A program made the translations under genes and the position numbers. This document shows, piece by piece, positions 9,936-18,833 of a stretch of DNA of 64,000 bases (its first letter is position 1; every line of letters begins with the position of its first letter). The notes beneath the pieces are model-generated. The model was not told where the DNA came from. It did no database searches and saw nothing but the letters and a program-made list of their open reading frames with translations. The stretch covers positions 32,001 to 96,000 of the forward strand of contig CAVUVW010000010.1 of the NCBI GenBank assembly GCA_963745035.1. Reading direction: 5' to 3'. Origin of the DNA: an uncultured delta proteobacterium. Lineage in GTDB: Bacteria; Desulfobacterota; Binatia; UBA9968.

Positions 9936-11456
9936 TTAGCTTTTGATTTTCATGTCCGCGGCAAGAATCTTACCGTCCGGCGAGCCCTTCCAGATGACGT
10001 TGCGCTGCACACCGTAAAGTTCCGCAAGCGTATAGAGCGGCGCGAACGGGACGTCTTCCATGAGAATGCGGCCGGCCTGATGCAGAATCGCGACGCGCTT
10101 CTTCTGGTCGCCGGTTCGCTGCTCCTCGTCGATGAGCTTGTCGAATTCCGGATTGTTGTAGTTGATGCGCTTGGAACCGCCGGTGCGGAAGTATTGCTCG
10201 AAATAGACATCGGCGTCGCTGCCGTTGCTGCCGGCGTAGTAGAACGGCAGCTTGCCGCCGTTGACGCCGTCCTTCCCCCAGTAGATGGCGTACTCCTGCG
10301 GCACCAGCTCGACTTTGATGCCGACTTTGCCCAGTTGATCGGCGATCACTTCGCAGACCTCCTTGCCTTTGAGGTGGCGGTCCGGGGCCAAATAAAGTTT
10401 GACCTCGAGTCCGTTCGGGTAACCGGCCTGGGTGAGCAGTTCGCGCGCTTTCTTCGGATCGTAAGGATAGCGCTTGATTTTCGGATCGAAGCCGACCCAA
10501 TTCGATCCCAGCGGGCCATTCACCACCGCGCCGTGGCCGTCGTAGATGTGCTTCAACATGACATGGGGATCGAGCGCATAGTTGATCGCCTGGCGCAGAA
10601 GCTTGTTGTCGAAGGGTTTCATCTGCACATTCATGCCGAGAAAGTACATGCGAAAGCCGACTACCTTTTGGATCCGAACGCGCGGATGCTTGGCGATGCG
10701 GTCGACATCTTCGATGGGCACGTTGCTGATCAGATCGGCCTGCCCGGCCAGCAGGCCGGCCACCCGCGCCGCTTCTTCCTTGACGCCTTTGATGATGACC
10801 TCGCGGATCTGCGGCTTGGCCCCCCAGTATTCGTCGTTGCGCCGCAGAACCAGGTTGCCGCCGCGCTGCCAGCTCACGTATTTGTACGGCCCGGTGCCGG
10901 CCGTGGCCTTGTCCAGATCGTCGCCGTATTCCTTCGAGAGAATAAACCGGGTCTCCAGTCGGGTCAGCAACAGCGCATTGGGACTCTTGGTCGTAAGCAC
11001 CACCGTGTAATCGTCGGGCGTCTCGACCTCGACGCCTTGCACATAGGCGCCCTGCAGGCTGCGCTTGTCATTTTGCAGTTTGTCGATGGAGTAGGCGACG
11101 TCTTTCGAGGTAAGCGGCGCGCCGTTGTGAAAGCGCACGCCTTTGCGTAAATGAAAAATCCACTTGCGGCCCTGAAACTCCCACGACTGAGCCAGCACGC
11201 CGACGTATTCGTTGCGGTCGTAGTCCATCTGGATCAGCGGTTCGATGATGTGGCGCCAGATGCCCGTGATTCCGCCGCCGCTGTAGCCGTAGGGATGGAG
11301 CGAGTCGAGACCGACGCCTTGATAAATAGCGACGCGATCTTTGGTTGCCGCCGACGCCTTCGACGCCAAAGCGGGCGTGAAAAGTGTTCCCAATCCCAGA
11401 GCCGCGCTCTGTTGCAGGAACCGGCGCCGATGGATTGCCGCACTGTATTTACGCAT
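9936..11456 (-). CDS. ABC transporter substrate-binding protein, family 5 (peptide/nickel), Tat signal
   Basis: HRRRFLQ Tat motif; FHLRKGVRFHNG, GTGPY, LRQAINYALD. Confidence 0.9.
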   Translation of the reverse strand: MRKYSAAIHRRRFLQQSAALGLGTLFTPALASKASAATKDRVAIYQGVGLDSLHPYGYSGGGITGIWRHIIEPLIQMDYDRNEYVGVLAQSWEFQGRKWIFHLRKGVRFHNGAPLTSKDVAYSIDKLQNDKRSLQGAYVQGVEVETPDDYTVVLTTKSPNALLLTRLETRFILSKEYGDDLDKATAGTGPYKYVSWQRGGNLVLRRNDEYWGAKPQIREVIIKGVKEEAARVAGLLAGQADLISNVPIEDVDRIAKHPRVRIQKVVGFRMYFLGMNVQMKPFDNKLLRQAINYALDPHVMLKHIYDGHGAVVNGPLGSNWVGFDPKIKRYPYDPKKARELLTQAGYPNGLEVKLYLAPDRHLKGKEVCEVIADQLGKVGIKVELVPQEYAIYWGKDGVNGGKLPFYYAGSNGSDADVYFEQYFRTGGSKRINYNNPEFDKLIDEEQRTGDQKKRVAILHQAGRILMEDVPFAPLYTLAELYGVQRNVIWKGSPDGKILAADMKIKS

Positions 11457-11484
11457 TAAAGTTCTCCCGCGCTGAATTGAGCCC

Positions 11485-11514
11485 GTTATATTCAGCCTGC
11501 GGCGAACCTGTCAA
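11485..11514 (-). promoter_or_regulatory. sigma70-like promoter
   Basis: TTGACA-N18-TATAAC ~30 nt upstream of the ATG at 11456. Confidence 0.55.
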
Positions 11515-11634
11515 CGAAATTCTCTGAAGCGGCAAGCGTTGTGAATGACATCGCGAGCGGCGCCCGCGTTCGTGGATTGCGCTTGGGGAATCCACTTTGC
11601 CGCGAGCGGTCCGAGTGGTTGCCTGACGGCAACC

Positions 11635-12903
11635 CTACGCCTTGGCGACCAAGCTGTTCCCGTGACTCGCGATCATCGCGTCGAAGTTGTCGACCGCCGT
11701 GTTCACGTCCATGGCGCGCACGCGATAGATGTCACCGTGGGATGCGGGGAAGGGCTCGATGCCCTGCTGGAGCTCACGGGCCAGATTCAGCAATCGCTTG
11801 CGCGCCGTGATGATCGCGAGGTCGCTGGTGCCGAGGTGCTCCTTGCGGCGGTCGTAGATGGGCCCCATGCTTTCCTGAATCGCGCGATCCTGATCGTTGA
11901 CGCCCCAGATGCCGGTGTAGGTCGTAGTGCGCTGGATCTCGCGATCGAGCAGGTAGTCGTTCTCCATGTTGCGCTTCGGGATGAACGTGCCGGGGATCAA
12001 CTCAGGCGGAAACGCGCGACCCGTGCGGCGTATTGCGAGGTCTTCGTCGATCAGCGGCCGATCCGGGTGGTAGGAAATATAAAAGGTCATGGTGCGATTG
12101 TCGTCGACCGGAATCCAGGCTCGTCCGCCGGCCGGGAAGCGCATGAACGGAATCAGGCTATAGGTCGGGAGCAGCGCCTGGGTCACCCGCCAGTTGTAGG
12201 TTCCTTCGCCTACTATGCGACGGGCGCCGTAGCGGAAGCCGTAGTCGGTGTCGTTCACGACGATCTTGGGTGCCCCGTCCCGCGCTTTCAGCCTGGGATC
12301 GATGGTGGTGCCCTCACTCGGGGAAGCCGCCGGGTTCAGGTAGGTGTGCAGGAACGAGGCGTGGGAGCTGTCGATGTCGCCCTCGTACCCCTGGAGATAG
12401 TTGGTTTCCTGGTACCACTTCGACACCGAGCGGTGGCTATCGGGGACTTGGGTCCACTCCAATTGAGGCAGCTCTGCGCGGAGATGTTGGGGCCCCATGT
12501 AAACCCAAATCAGGCCGCCGTGGACGGCCGTCGGGTAAGCCGTGATGTGAATCTTGTCTTTGAAGTTGCTTTCGGCGGGTTCGGACGGCATGTCGACGCA
12601 GTTGCCGTCGACATCAAATTTCCAGCCATGATAGACACAGCGAATGCCGCACTCCTCGTTGCGCCCGAAGTAGAGGGACGCGCCGCGGTGCGGGCAGTGA
12701 GCCTCGACGACCCCGATTTTGTTATTTGAGTCGCGAAAGGCGACCAGATCCTCACCGAGCAGGCGCAGGCGCACGGGCGGGCAATCCGCTTTGGGCAACT
12801 CGTCGGCCAGCATCGCCGGCAGCCAGAATCGCCGAAATAGCTCGCCCATGGGCGTTCCCGGCCCGACACGGCACGCGAATTCGTTGTCTTCTTTGCTTAA
12901 CAC
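11635..12903 (-). CDS. Rieske non-heme iron oxygenase alpha subunit (phthalate dioxygenase/LigXa-like)
   Basis: CPHRG...CVYHGW Rieske motif; DSSHASFLH; QDRAIQESMG. Confidence 0.92.
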   Translation of the reverse strand: MLSKEDNEFACRVGPGTPMGELFRRFWLPAMLADELPKADCPPVRLRLLGEDLVAFRDSNNKIGVVEAHCPHRGASLYFGRNEECGIRCVYHGWKFDVDGNCVDMPSEPAESNFKDKIHITAYPTAVHGGLIWVYMGPQHLRAELPQLEWTQVPDSHRSVSKWYQETNYLQGYEGDIDSSHASFLHTYLNPAASPSEGTTIDPRLKARDGAPKIVVNDTDYGFRYGARRIVGEGTYNWRVTQALLPTYSLIPFMRFPAGGRAWIPVDDNRTMTFYISYHPDRPLIDEDLAIRRTGRAFPPELIPGTFIPKRNMENDYLLDREIQRTTTYTGIWGVNDQDRAIQESMGPIYDRRKEHLGTSDLAIITARKRLLNLARELQQGIEPFPASHGDIYRVRAMDVNTAVDNFDAMIASHGNSLVAKA

Positions 12904-13233
12904 AGCGGCTCCCGTCTATTAAAAATTTAAAGCACTTTTTTCTCTCCGGTGATTTATCCCTGAACCGGCGAAGGTGTCAATCGTCGGAGAGTTGACTGAA
13001 ATTCACCCTGTCGCTCGGGACTAATCTTCTTGCGGCTCGCTCAAAAATTGGAGACGTCTGAATATTGATTATTTAGTCAAACGCTGGCCGAGCTTCTTTT
13101 TTCGCTCATCTCTTGAGCACCTAGTTGCAATAGTGAACGAGTCGTAGGGAAAAACTTTACTTTCATCATGCAATGTCCGCTTGATCTAGAATCAAGTTCG
13201 ATTCCGCTGCATTGACAGCCAACGGAGGGCAAG

Positions 13234-13422
13234 CTACTGCGGCGACCAGGCGCGGATCTCCGAACGCCCGATGATCACGCTATTGTTTTGTGCGACTTCT
13301 TGCGACATCCGCTCAAGCAACGTCGCAAGATCGACCTCGGCCGCTGTCGCCACGCCGAACTTCTCCATTGCCGGCAGCAGAGTGGCGGCAAGTTCGGCAA
13401 TCGCCCGTAACCACTCTCCGGT
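13234..13422 (-). pseudogene. 3' fragment of a class I SAM methyltransferase-like gene
   Basis: Manual translation ...LLPAMEKFGVATAAEVDLATLLERMSQEVAQNNSVIIGRSEIRAWSPQ*; no 5' part; family assigned from memory. Confidence 0.55.
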
Positions 13423-13431
13423 CCTTGTCCC

Positions 13432-14310
13432 GCCGCGTCACGCTGATTAGCGCATGCGTGAAAAGACTCCGGACCCCTTTTTCCAATTACGGTCGCCGCT
13501 ATTTACTCTGTGCGGAAACACCGGTCATCGCTTGCTCCAGCGCCGTGCGCGCAGCCGCTAAAGTTTGCGGATCGGCCAGCTCGGGACGTCCCGTCCCATA
13601 CGGCGGTTGGGGCGCGTATTCCAGGAGCAGCTCGACGACTCGTCCCATGCTCTGGCCGGCCCATCGCCCGGCCATTGCGATGCCGAAGTCGATGCCCGCT
13701 GTGACGCCGCCTCCGGTGAGTCGATTGCGGTCGACGCAGATACGTTCGGTGCTGGGCTCGGCGCCAAATTGGCTGAGGGCTTCCCGGGCACCCCAGTGCA
13801 CGGCGGCACGGTAGCCCCGCAACAGTCCAGCCGCCCCGAGCAGCAGCGAGCCGGTGCAGACACTGCACACCCAGCGGGCGCGGGATCCGCGATCCGCTAG
13901 AAAGGCGATTGTGGCGGAATCACTCAACAGGTCCAACGTCGGCTTCGCGCCACCGCCGACAAAGAGGACGTCTGGATCGGTCCAGGTATCCTCGAAACGG
14001 TGGGTCGCTTGCACGCTGAGGCCGCAGTCCGTGGGCACCGCGCCGGAATGCTGCCAGGCGTACTGAACTTCGAAGCCTGCCAAGACACTCCACGCCTGCA
14101 TGGGACCGACCAAGTCCAAAAGGGTCATGCCGGGATATACGAGGGACAACACTTTCATTGCCGCGCGCTCCTTTGAGTCAACAAAATCGTTCTGTGCCGC
14201 GAGGTCGGTTCCGGGGTCGGGCCTGAGTTATTGACTTATTGCTCATCGCTGATGCGATCTCGCGGCGTCACGCTGTGCGTGAAAAGATCCCGCCCCCTTT
14301 TCCCAACTAC
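13432..14310. repeat. diverged direct repeats (13432-13490, 14261-14310) flanking the DJ-1 gene
   Basis: GCGTCACGCTG...TGCGTGAAAAGA.TCC.G.CCCCTTTT.CCAA.TAC at both sites. Confidence 0.7.
13499..14158 (-). CDS. DJ-1/PfpI family protein (isonitrile hydratase-like)
   Basis: TLLDLVGP, SVCTGS, TGGGVTAGID, LEYAPQPPY motifs. Confidence 0.9.
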   Translation of the reverse strand: MKVLSLVYPGMTLLDLVGPMQAWSVLAGFEVQYAWQHSGAVPTDCGLSVQATHRFEDTWTDPDVLFVGGGAKPTLDLLSDSATIAFLADRGSRARWVCSVCTGSLLLGAAGLLRGYRAAVHWGAREALSQFGAEPSTERICVDRNRLTGGGVTAGIDFGIAMAGRWAGQSMGRVVELLLEYAPQPPYGTGRPELADPQTLAAARTALEQAMTGVSAQSK

Positions 14311-14341
14311 AATTGAATCTAGCGAGCGTGTTTCGACAAAT

Positions 14342-15424
14342 CTAGTGGGGCGGGAGCGGGCCCGTGCCCGCGATTTTTTTGAAAAGATCCACATCTTGCG
14401 GATCGCGGGGAAGCTTCTTTAGGACTTCATCGAATTCATCCGGCGTGAGCGGGGAAGGGGCGTCGCCGGTGAGCTTCTTATAATCGTTGGAAAACTCAGG
14501 GTCCTTATAGGCTGCGGTGATGGCATCGCGCAGCGTCCGAACCCGCTCCGGCGGGGTGCGCGGCGGAGTGATGAAGGTCGCGCCGGCGATACTGAAGGAC
14601 CGATAGATCTCCAGCAGCCGCCGTTCCCTGTCCGTCCTGGCAAAAGATTCGAGCTCGGGCAGATGAGCGAAGCGCGGATGCGTGCTGGCTTTGGGGATCT
14701 GCAAGATCGCGTGAAAGTCGACGAGTTTCTTTTCGATCCATTCGGGATTGCGCCGCAGCAACGAAGGGGCGACGTTCACTCTGGCGTCGAGTTCGCCGCG
14801 CAAGAGCGCCTGATCCATCTCGGGTCCCGAGTATCCGGTGACGAATTTAGGCTCGTTCAGGCGCAGAATATACGCGAACAATCGGGCGAGCGTATGGATC
14901 ACATGGCCCACCGATTGCGCGCCGATTCGTATTCCCGGGCTGGCGCGGAGACGATCCAATGTGCCTAGATTGGACTCCCGTCTGGTGAGAAACACATAGT
15001 GGTCCTCGGATTCGGCGGTACCGAAGAAACTAAATTTGTCGAGCTCGTAATCCACTCCAGGTTCATTGAGGGCTGCGGCCCGGACGAAGCCGCCCGGCGG
15101 ATAGCCGAGCGTCAGGCCGTCGGGACGAGCGGTTCGAAAGATGTAGTTCGCGGCCTTTCGGCCGCCGCCGCCAGGCATGTATTCCGTCACGATATTCGGC
15201 TGTCCAGGAATATGCTTTTTCAAATACGGCAATATCGACTTCAGCCGCAAATCTCCCAACCCTCCCGGCTCCTGGCCAGCGATCACGGTGATGGTCTTGC
15301 CTTGATAAAAGAGCGCCTGCGGTAAGACCGGGTGCGGCTGGCATAAGAGGAAGAACGCCGATGCGCACATGACTGCGCCATTACTAACTTTGCGATATTT
15401 TCCAAAGAGCATCAGAACTCTCAA
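14342..15424 (-). CDS. TctC/Bug-like tripartite tricarboxylate transporter substrate-binding protein (true start may be ~15370)
   Basis: FYQGKTITVI, PGGGG, PDGLT, GYSG, RGELD, PPRTPPERV. Confidence 0.85.
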   Translation of the reverse strand: MRVLMLFGKYRKVSNGAVMCASAFFLLCQPHPVLPQALFYQGKTITVIAGQEPGGLGDLRLKSILPYLKKHIPGQPNIVTEYMPGGGGRKAANYIFRTARPDGLTLGYPPGGFVRAAALNEPGVDYELDKFSFFGTAESEDHYVFLTRRESNLGTLDRLRASPGIRIGAQSVGHVIHTLARLFAYILRLNEPKFVTGYSGPEMDQALLRGELDARVNVAPSLLRRNPEWIEKKLVDFHAILQIPKASTHPRFAHLPELESFARTDRERRLLEIYRSFSIAGATFITPPRTPPERVRTLRDAITAAYKDPEFSNDYKKLTGDAPSPLTPDEFDEVLKKLPRDPQDVDLFKKIAGTGPLPPH

Positions 15425-15425
15425 A

Positions 15426-16652
15426 CTAACCGGCTTTATAATGGGTCGAGGCTAAGACCTGCTCGACGATCGCCTCGGCGAACTGCGGATCGTTGATGTG
15501 ACAGTCGAACTCGGTCACCGGCACGGACGCCGGCAGGGCCTTCTTCAGCGCTTCCGAGAACACCGGGCACAGCGACGGGTCGTGCAAATGCCCTTCGGGG
15601 CTGTCGTGGTGCGAGAAGCCCTTCAGCGGCACGAAGAACGAGACCGGCCCCTTGGCGCTGCTGATCAGGCCGCCCATGTGCTTCGCCAACTTCTGCAGTT
15701 CGCCAGCCTCGGTGCGTACCGCGGTAATTGCCTGGTTGTGGATGTGATAACGCTTGTTCGGGAATTGTGTCTTCGCCATGTCGATGGGTCCGGACAGCAT
15801 GAAGTCCGCGTTGCCCGGCGCGAAGATCACCGGCACGCCCTTCTCGAGCGCCGCTTTGGCGCGGTCCGGGCCGGCGCTGAACATGCCGTTGTTCAGATAA
15901 TCGTTGATCTCGACCAGCGACACGTCGACGACCGCGCTGACGTCGCGCTCCCGCACGATCTGGTCCATCGCCATGCCGCCGGTACCGAGCGTGTGGAACA
16001 CCATCACCTCGTAGCCTTTGCTCTCCAGCGACTTGCGCACGCGCACGGTGCAGCGATCGGTGGTGCCGAGCGTCGTCATCGCGATCAGCGGCTTCGTTTC
16101 CGCGCGCACGGGCGAGTAGCTCTTCGCCATCGCGGCGGTGGCGATCGCCGCGTTGCGGAACGCGTCGCGGGTGATGCTGTTGAGCCCGGCGATGTCGCAT
16201 ACCGGGTTCACCATGATGATGTCCTTCGCGCCGACGAACGGCCGGGTGAAGCCCGATGCCATCGTCGACACCATCACCTTCGGCAGGCCGTACGGGAACG
16301 CCTGCATCACGACGCTGCCGAGCGTGGTGCCCATCGATCCGCCCACACCGATGATGCCGGCAATGCCATGCTTTGACTGGGCCTCCAGAGCGCACTTGAC
16401 GGCGCCTTCGATCATCACTGCCTGGCACTTGCCTTCATGACGAAGGTCGCGAACCTCCTGGATCGTCTTGCCTGCCGCCGCGGCGACGGTCTCCGGCGCG
16501 ATCTCGACGTTCGGATCGGTCGAATCGCGGATGCTGGCGTCGAGGTGAACGACCTCCACCCCTTCGGCCTCCAGTGTCTGCCGGACGAATTGCGCTTCCA
16601 CTGCCTTGGTGTCGAGGGTCACGATCATCAGAACCTTGGGTTTGCTGCTCAT
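15426..16652 (-). CDS. Tm-1-like ATP-binding domain protein (UPF0261)
   Basis: TLDTK, GGSMGT, PKVMVST, FHTLGTGG, HINDPQFA. Confidence 0.88.
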   Translation of the reverse strand: MSSKPKVLMIVTLDTKAVEAQFVRQTLEAEGVEVVHLDASIRDSTDPNVEIAPETVAAAAGKTIQEVRDLRHEGKCQAVMIEGAVKCALEAQSKHGIAGIIGVGGSMGTTLGSVVMQAFPYGLPKVMVSTMASGFTRPFVGAKDIIMVNPVCDIAGLNSITRDAFRNAAIATAAMAKSYSPVRAETKPLIAMTTLGTTDRCTVRVRKSLESKGYEVMVFHTLGTGGMAMDQIVRERDVSAVVDVSLVEINDYLNNGMFSAGPDRAKAALEKGVPVIFAPGNADFMLSGPIDMAKTQFPNKRYHIHNQAITAVRTEAGELQKLAKHMGGLISSAKGPVSFFVPLKGFSHHDSPEGHLHDPSLCPVFSEALKKALPASVPVTEFDCHINDPQFAEAIVEQVLASTHYKAG

Positions 16653-16787
16653 GGCCTGTCTCCTGTCGAATGAAAGAGCACTTCAAATCGCCCACGCCGA
16701 CGGTAATCGGCACCGACACCGTCTCGGCGCCCTTCAGATGATGGAAATCCGCTTTTGGGAGGCTCGGCGACGGTACATCTGCATAGA

Positions 16788-17195
16788 TTACACAGTGCGA
16801 CCCATGTCGAAGACGATCTCCCGTGAGATCTTCCCGTTGCGCATCTCAAAGATGTGAACCAGCCGCATTTCAATCTTGCTGCCGATTGGAAAATGCCAGT
16901 ATCCATCTTTCGCCACCTCGAACGTGACGATGCTGTCATCCACCACACGCTCTTCGGTAGCGAAGCGCTGAAGAAACTGGAACTTTACATTACGCATGGA
17001 CGCAAAGAGTTCCCGGTAATTCTTGGCAGTAGCTTCCTTCCCGGAAAAAGATCGATTAAGGCCATTCGGGGCAGGTGCTTCCCAAACGATGTCGTCGGTG
17101 AAAGTCTTGAGCGCCGTTTCGACCTCATTCAGCGCTTCGCTGTGGAAGTGGCTCTCCACAGCCGCCAGATTTTGGGCTATTTGATCCCTATCCAT
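16788..17195 (-). CDS. SnoaL-like/NTF2 family protein
   Basis: TFTDDIVWE, LVHIFEMRNGKISRE; GGAGGG RBS before MDRDQ. Confidence 0.8.
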   Translation of the reverse strand: MDRDQIAQNLAAVESHFHSEALNEVETALKTFTDDIVWEAPAPNGLNRSFSGKEATAKNYRELFASMRNVKFQFLQRFATEERVVDDSIVTFEVAKDGYWHFPIGSKIEMRLVHIFEMRNGKISREIVFDMGRTV

Positions 17196-17283
17196 CTCGT
17201 TCCCTCCATCTCTTGCTTTACTTCGTGTTGCCGCCAAACGCCCAGAGCGCTTTGTTTCAAGTCACACAATTATTGCATCTGCT

Positions 17284-17450
17284 TTAAGTCGACACCCACC
17301 ACGTGTTACCTCCCGGATCGATAGCTCGCTTGGCGCTCGTCGTACGGTATGTCTTCTGGCGGGACATGGTCGTGGCTCCAAGTCGAATGGCTCGGCCGTA
17401 CACCGCATCTACGTCGTCAACGTAGACGTGGATCGACCCGACCGAGGGTG
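17284..17450 (-). pseudogene. 3' fragment of a VOC/PhnB-like gene
   Basis: IHVYVDDVDAVYGRAIRLGA...DPGGNTWWVST*; 5' half missing. Confidence 0.7.
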
Positions 17451-17710
17451 AAACATGAAATGATGGGAATTTGCTTTTCTCTCGACGCGAGTAATTGAAC
17501 CCCGGCTCCATCAGCCGCTTGCGAGCCAGCTGTCAACAGCTCGACAGCGAGTCGGACCAAAAGAGCAGCCTCCATTCGTACGATTTGGGCGTACCGTATC
17601 CGATAAAGGTGGTCTCATACAACTATAAACGGCTTGAGTGGGCAGGAAACAACCTTTGCTCAATCATCGTAGCTGATCCAAGGATATGTCGCTGCGAAAA
17701 ATACCTTCTC

Positions 17711-17866
17711 TCAGAGGACAACGGGTTTCTTGACGAGGCTTTCGGTGACGAAAGGGAAATTGTACGCGAGCCAGGCGTCGATCCCGCCTTCGAGCGGGCG
17801 GACCCTGGTGATTTCTTTGGCTCGCAGCAGCAGCGCCACACGGGCGCTGGTCGCTTCGTTGGGTCA
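17711..17866 (-). repeat. diverged copy of the DedA-rhodanese 3' end (18834-18989), starting at the Sec UGA
   Basis: Same length, near-identical sequence; hairpin CAGCGCC-CGTGT-GGCGCTG retained. Confidence 0.95.
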
Positions 17867-17949
17867 CTTCTGCAGTTTAGGGTCAGGTCGGCTTGCAACC
17901 AGTGCCGGCATGAAAAACGGAGCGATGAGTTGCCCCGGGTTTGACGGAT

Positions 17950-18267
17950 CTACGAACCTGACTTTAGGTTTCTTTTCCGGACTTGCGAAGGGAGTTTGGC
18001 TCGGCGGCGCCGGGCGACTGTTTTCCAGAATTCTCCGTGGGATACGCCTTTGCCTGCTTTGATGCTTCTTCGTGACTTGCTGAGCAAAGACTGGAAACGG
18101 CGCGAGTGGGCCAGCATCAGTCGTTCCAAATCGTCATTATCCTTAGGCGCCAGCAATACCGCCGCGGCCTTGCCGTTGCGCGTGATAATGACCGGGCCCT
18201 CGTTCTCGCATTCGTCCACATAGGCACTGAGATGGGCTTTCACGTCCGCCAGCGCTGCGATCTTCAT
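17950..18267 (-). CDS. Phd/YefM antitoxin
   Basis: ADVKAHLSAYVD, GPVIITRNGKAAAVL. Confidence 0.88.
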   Translation of the reverse strand: MKIAALADVKAHLSAYVDECENEGPVIITRNGKAAAVLLAPKDNDDLERLMLAHSRRFQSLLSKSRRSIKAGKGVSHGEFWKTVARRRRAKLPSQVRKRNLKSGS

Positions 18268-18587
18268 AATTGGAACTCCTCTCCTCCGATAAACAGCCGG
18301 TTGCCTTCTTTCACGCCGATCGCCAGGACAGCGACCGTTTTTTCCTCATGATTCACGTCATAAAAGACACGAAATGAGTTTTTCGGCCCAAAACGCACTT
18401 CCCAGGTCGCGCCGAACGAGGCGGGCTCCTCAAGCGGTTTGCGGTTTCTGGTCTCCTTTGCGGGTGTGTGAGAAAGCTGCTCCTTGATCGTTGTCGCAAC
18501 CAAACGGTGATATTTAAGCTCAATCCAATCGAGATGCTTGTATGTCTCCGGCGCGTAGATGATCGTAAATACGGCTTGCCGCGCCAT
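18264..18587 (-). CDS. RelE/ParE-family toxin (upstream of the antitoxin)
   Basis: WEVRFG, FRVFYDV, VLAIGVK; ATGA overlap with the antitoxin. Confidence 0.85.
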   Translation of the reverse strand: MARQAVFTIIYAPETYKHLDWIELKYHRLVATTIKEQLSHTPAKETRNRKPLEEPASFGATWEVRFGPKNSFRVFYDVNHEEKTVAVLAIGVKEGNRLFIGGEEFQL

Positions 18588-18595
18588 TGACCAAA

Positions 18596-18623
18596 ATTAT
18601 AGTCATCAGCGAGCGGAAATCAA
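18596..18623 (-). promoter_or_regulatory. sigma70-like promoter, probably leaderless transcript
   Basis: TTGATT-N16-TATAAT ending 8 nt before the ATG. Confidence 0.55.
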
Positions 18624-18833
18624 ATACTTGGGGAAGAAGAAATGGTAACGCGAACCGTTTGGTGTTCTAACCATTCTTAGGTCTGCCGCGGGCTGAAGTG
18701 TGGTTCCAATTCGAGCGCAGCCGCGATGAAATAATGGAGAATTGATAATGGATAATGGACAATTCAAGAACGTTACCTCTCCCTGCGATTGCTCTTACGA
18801 TGCCTGTCGGTTAACAATGACGACGACTCTCTC

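Noticed and set aside
5185-12729. Long antisense ORFs (e.g. 5185-6168, 8325-9317, 9927-11150, 11545-12729)
   Set aside because: Shadow ORFs opposite well-supported genes in GC-rich DNA; no recognisable motifs
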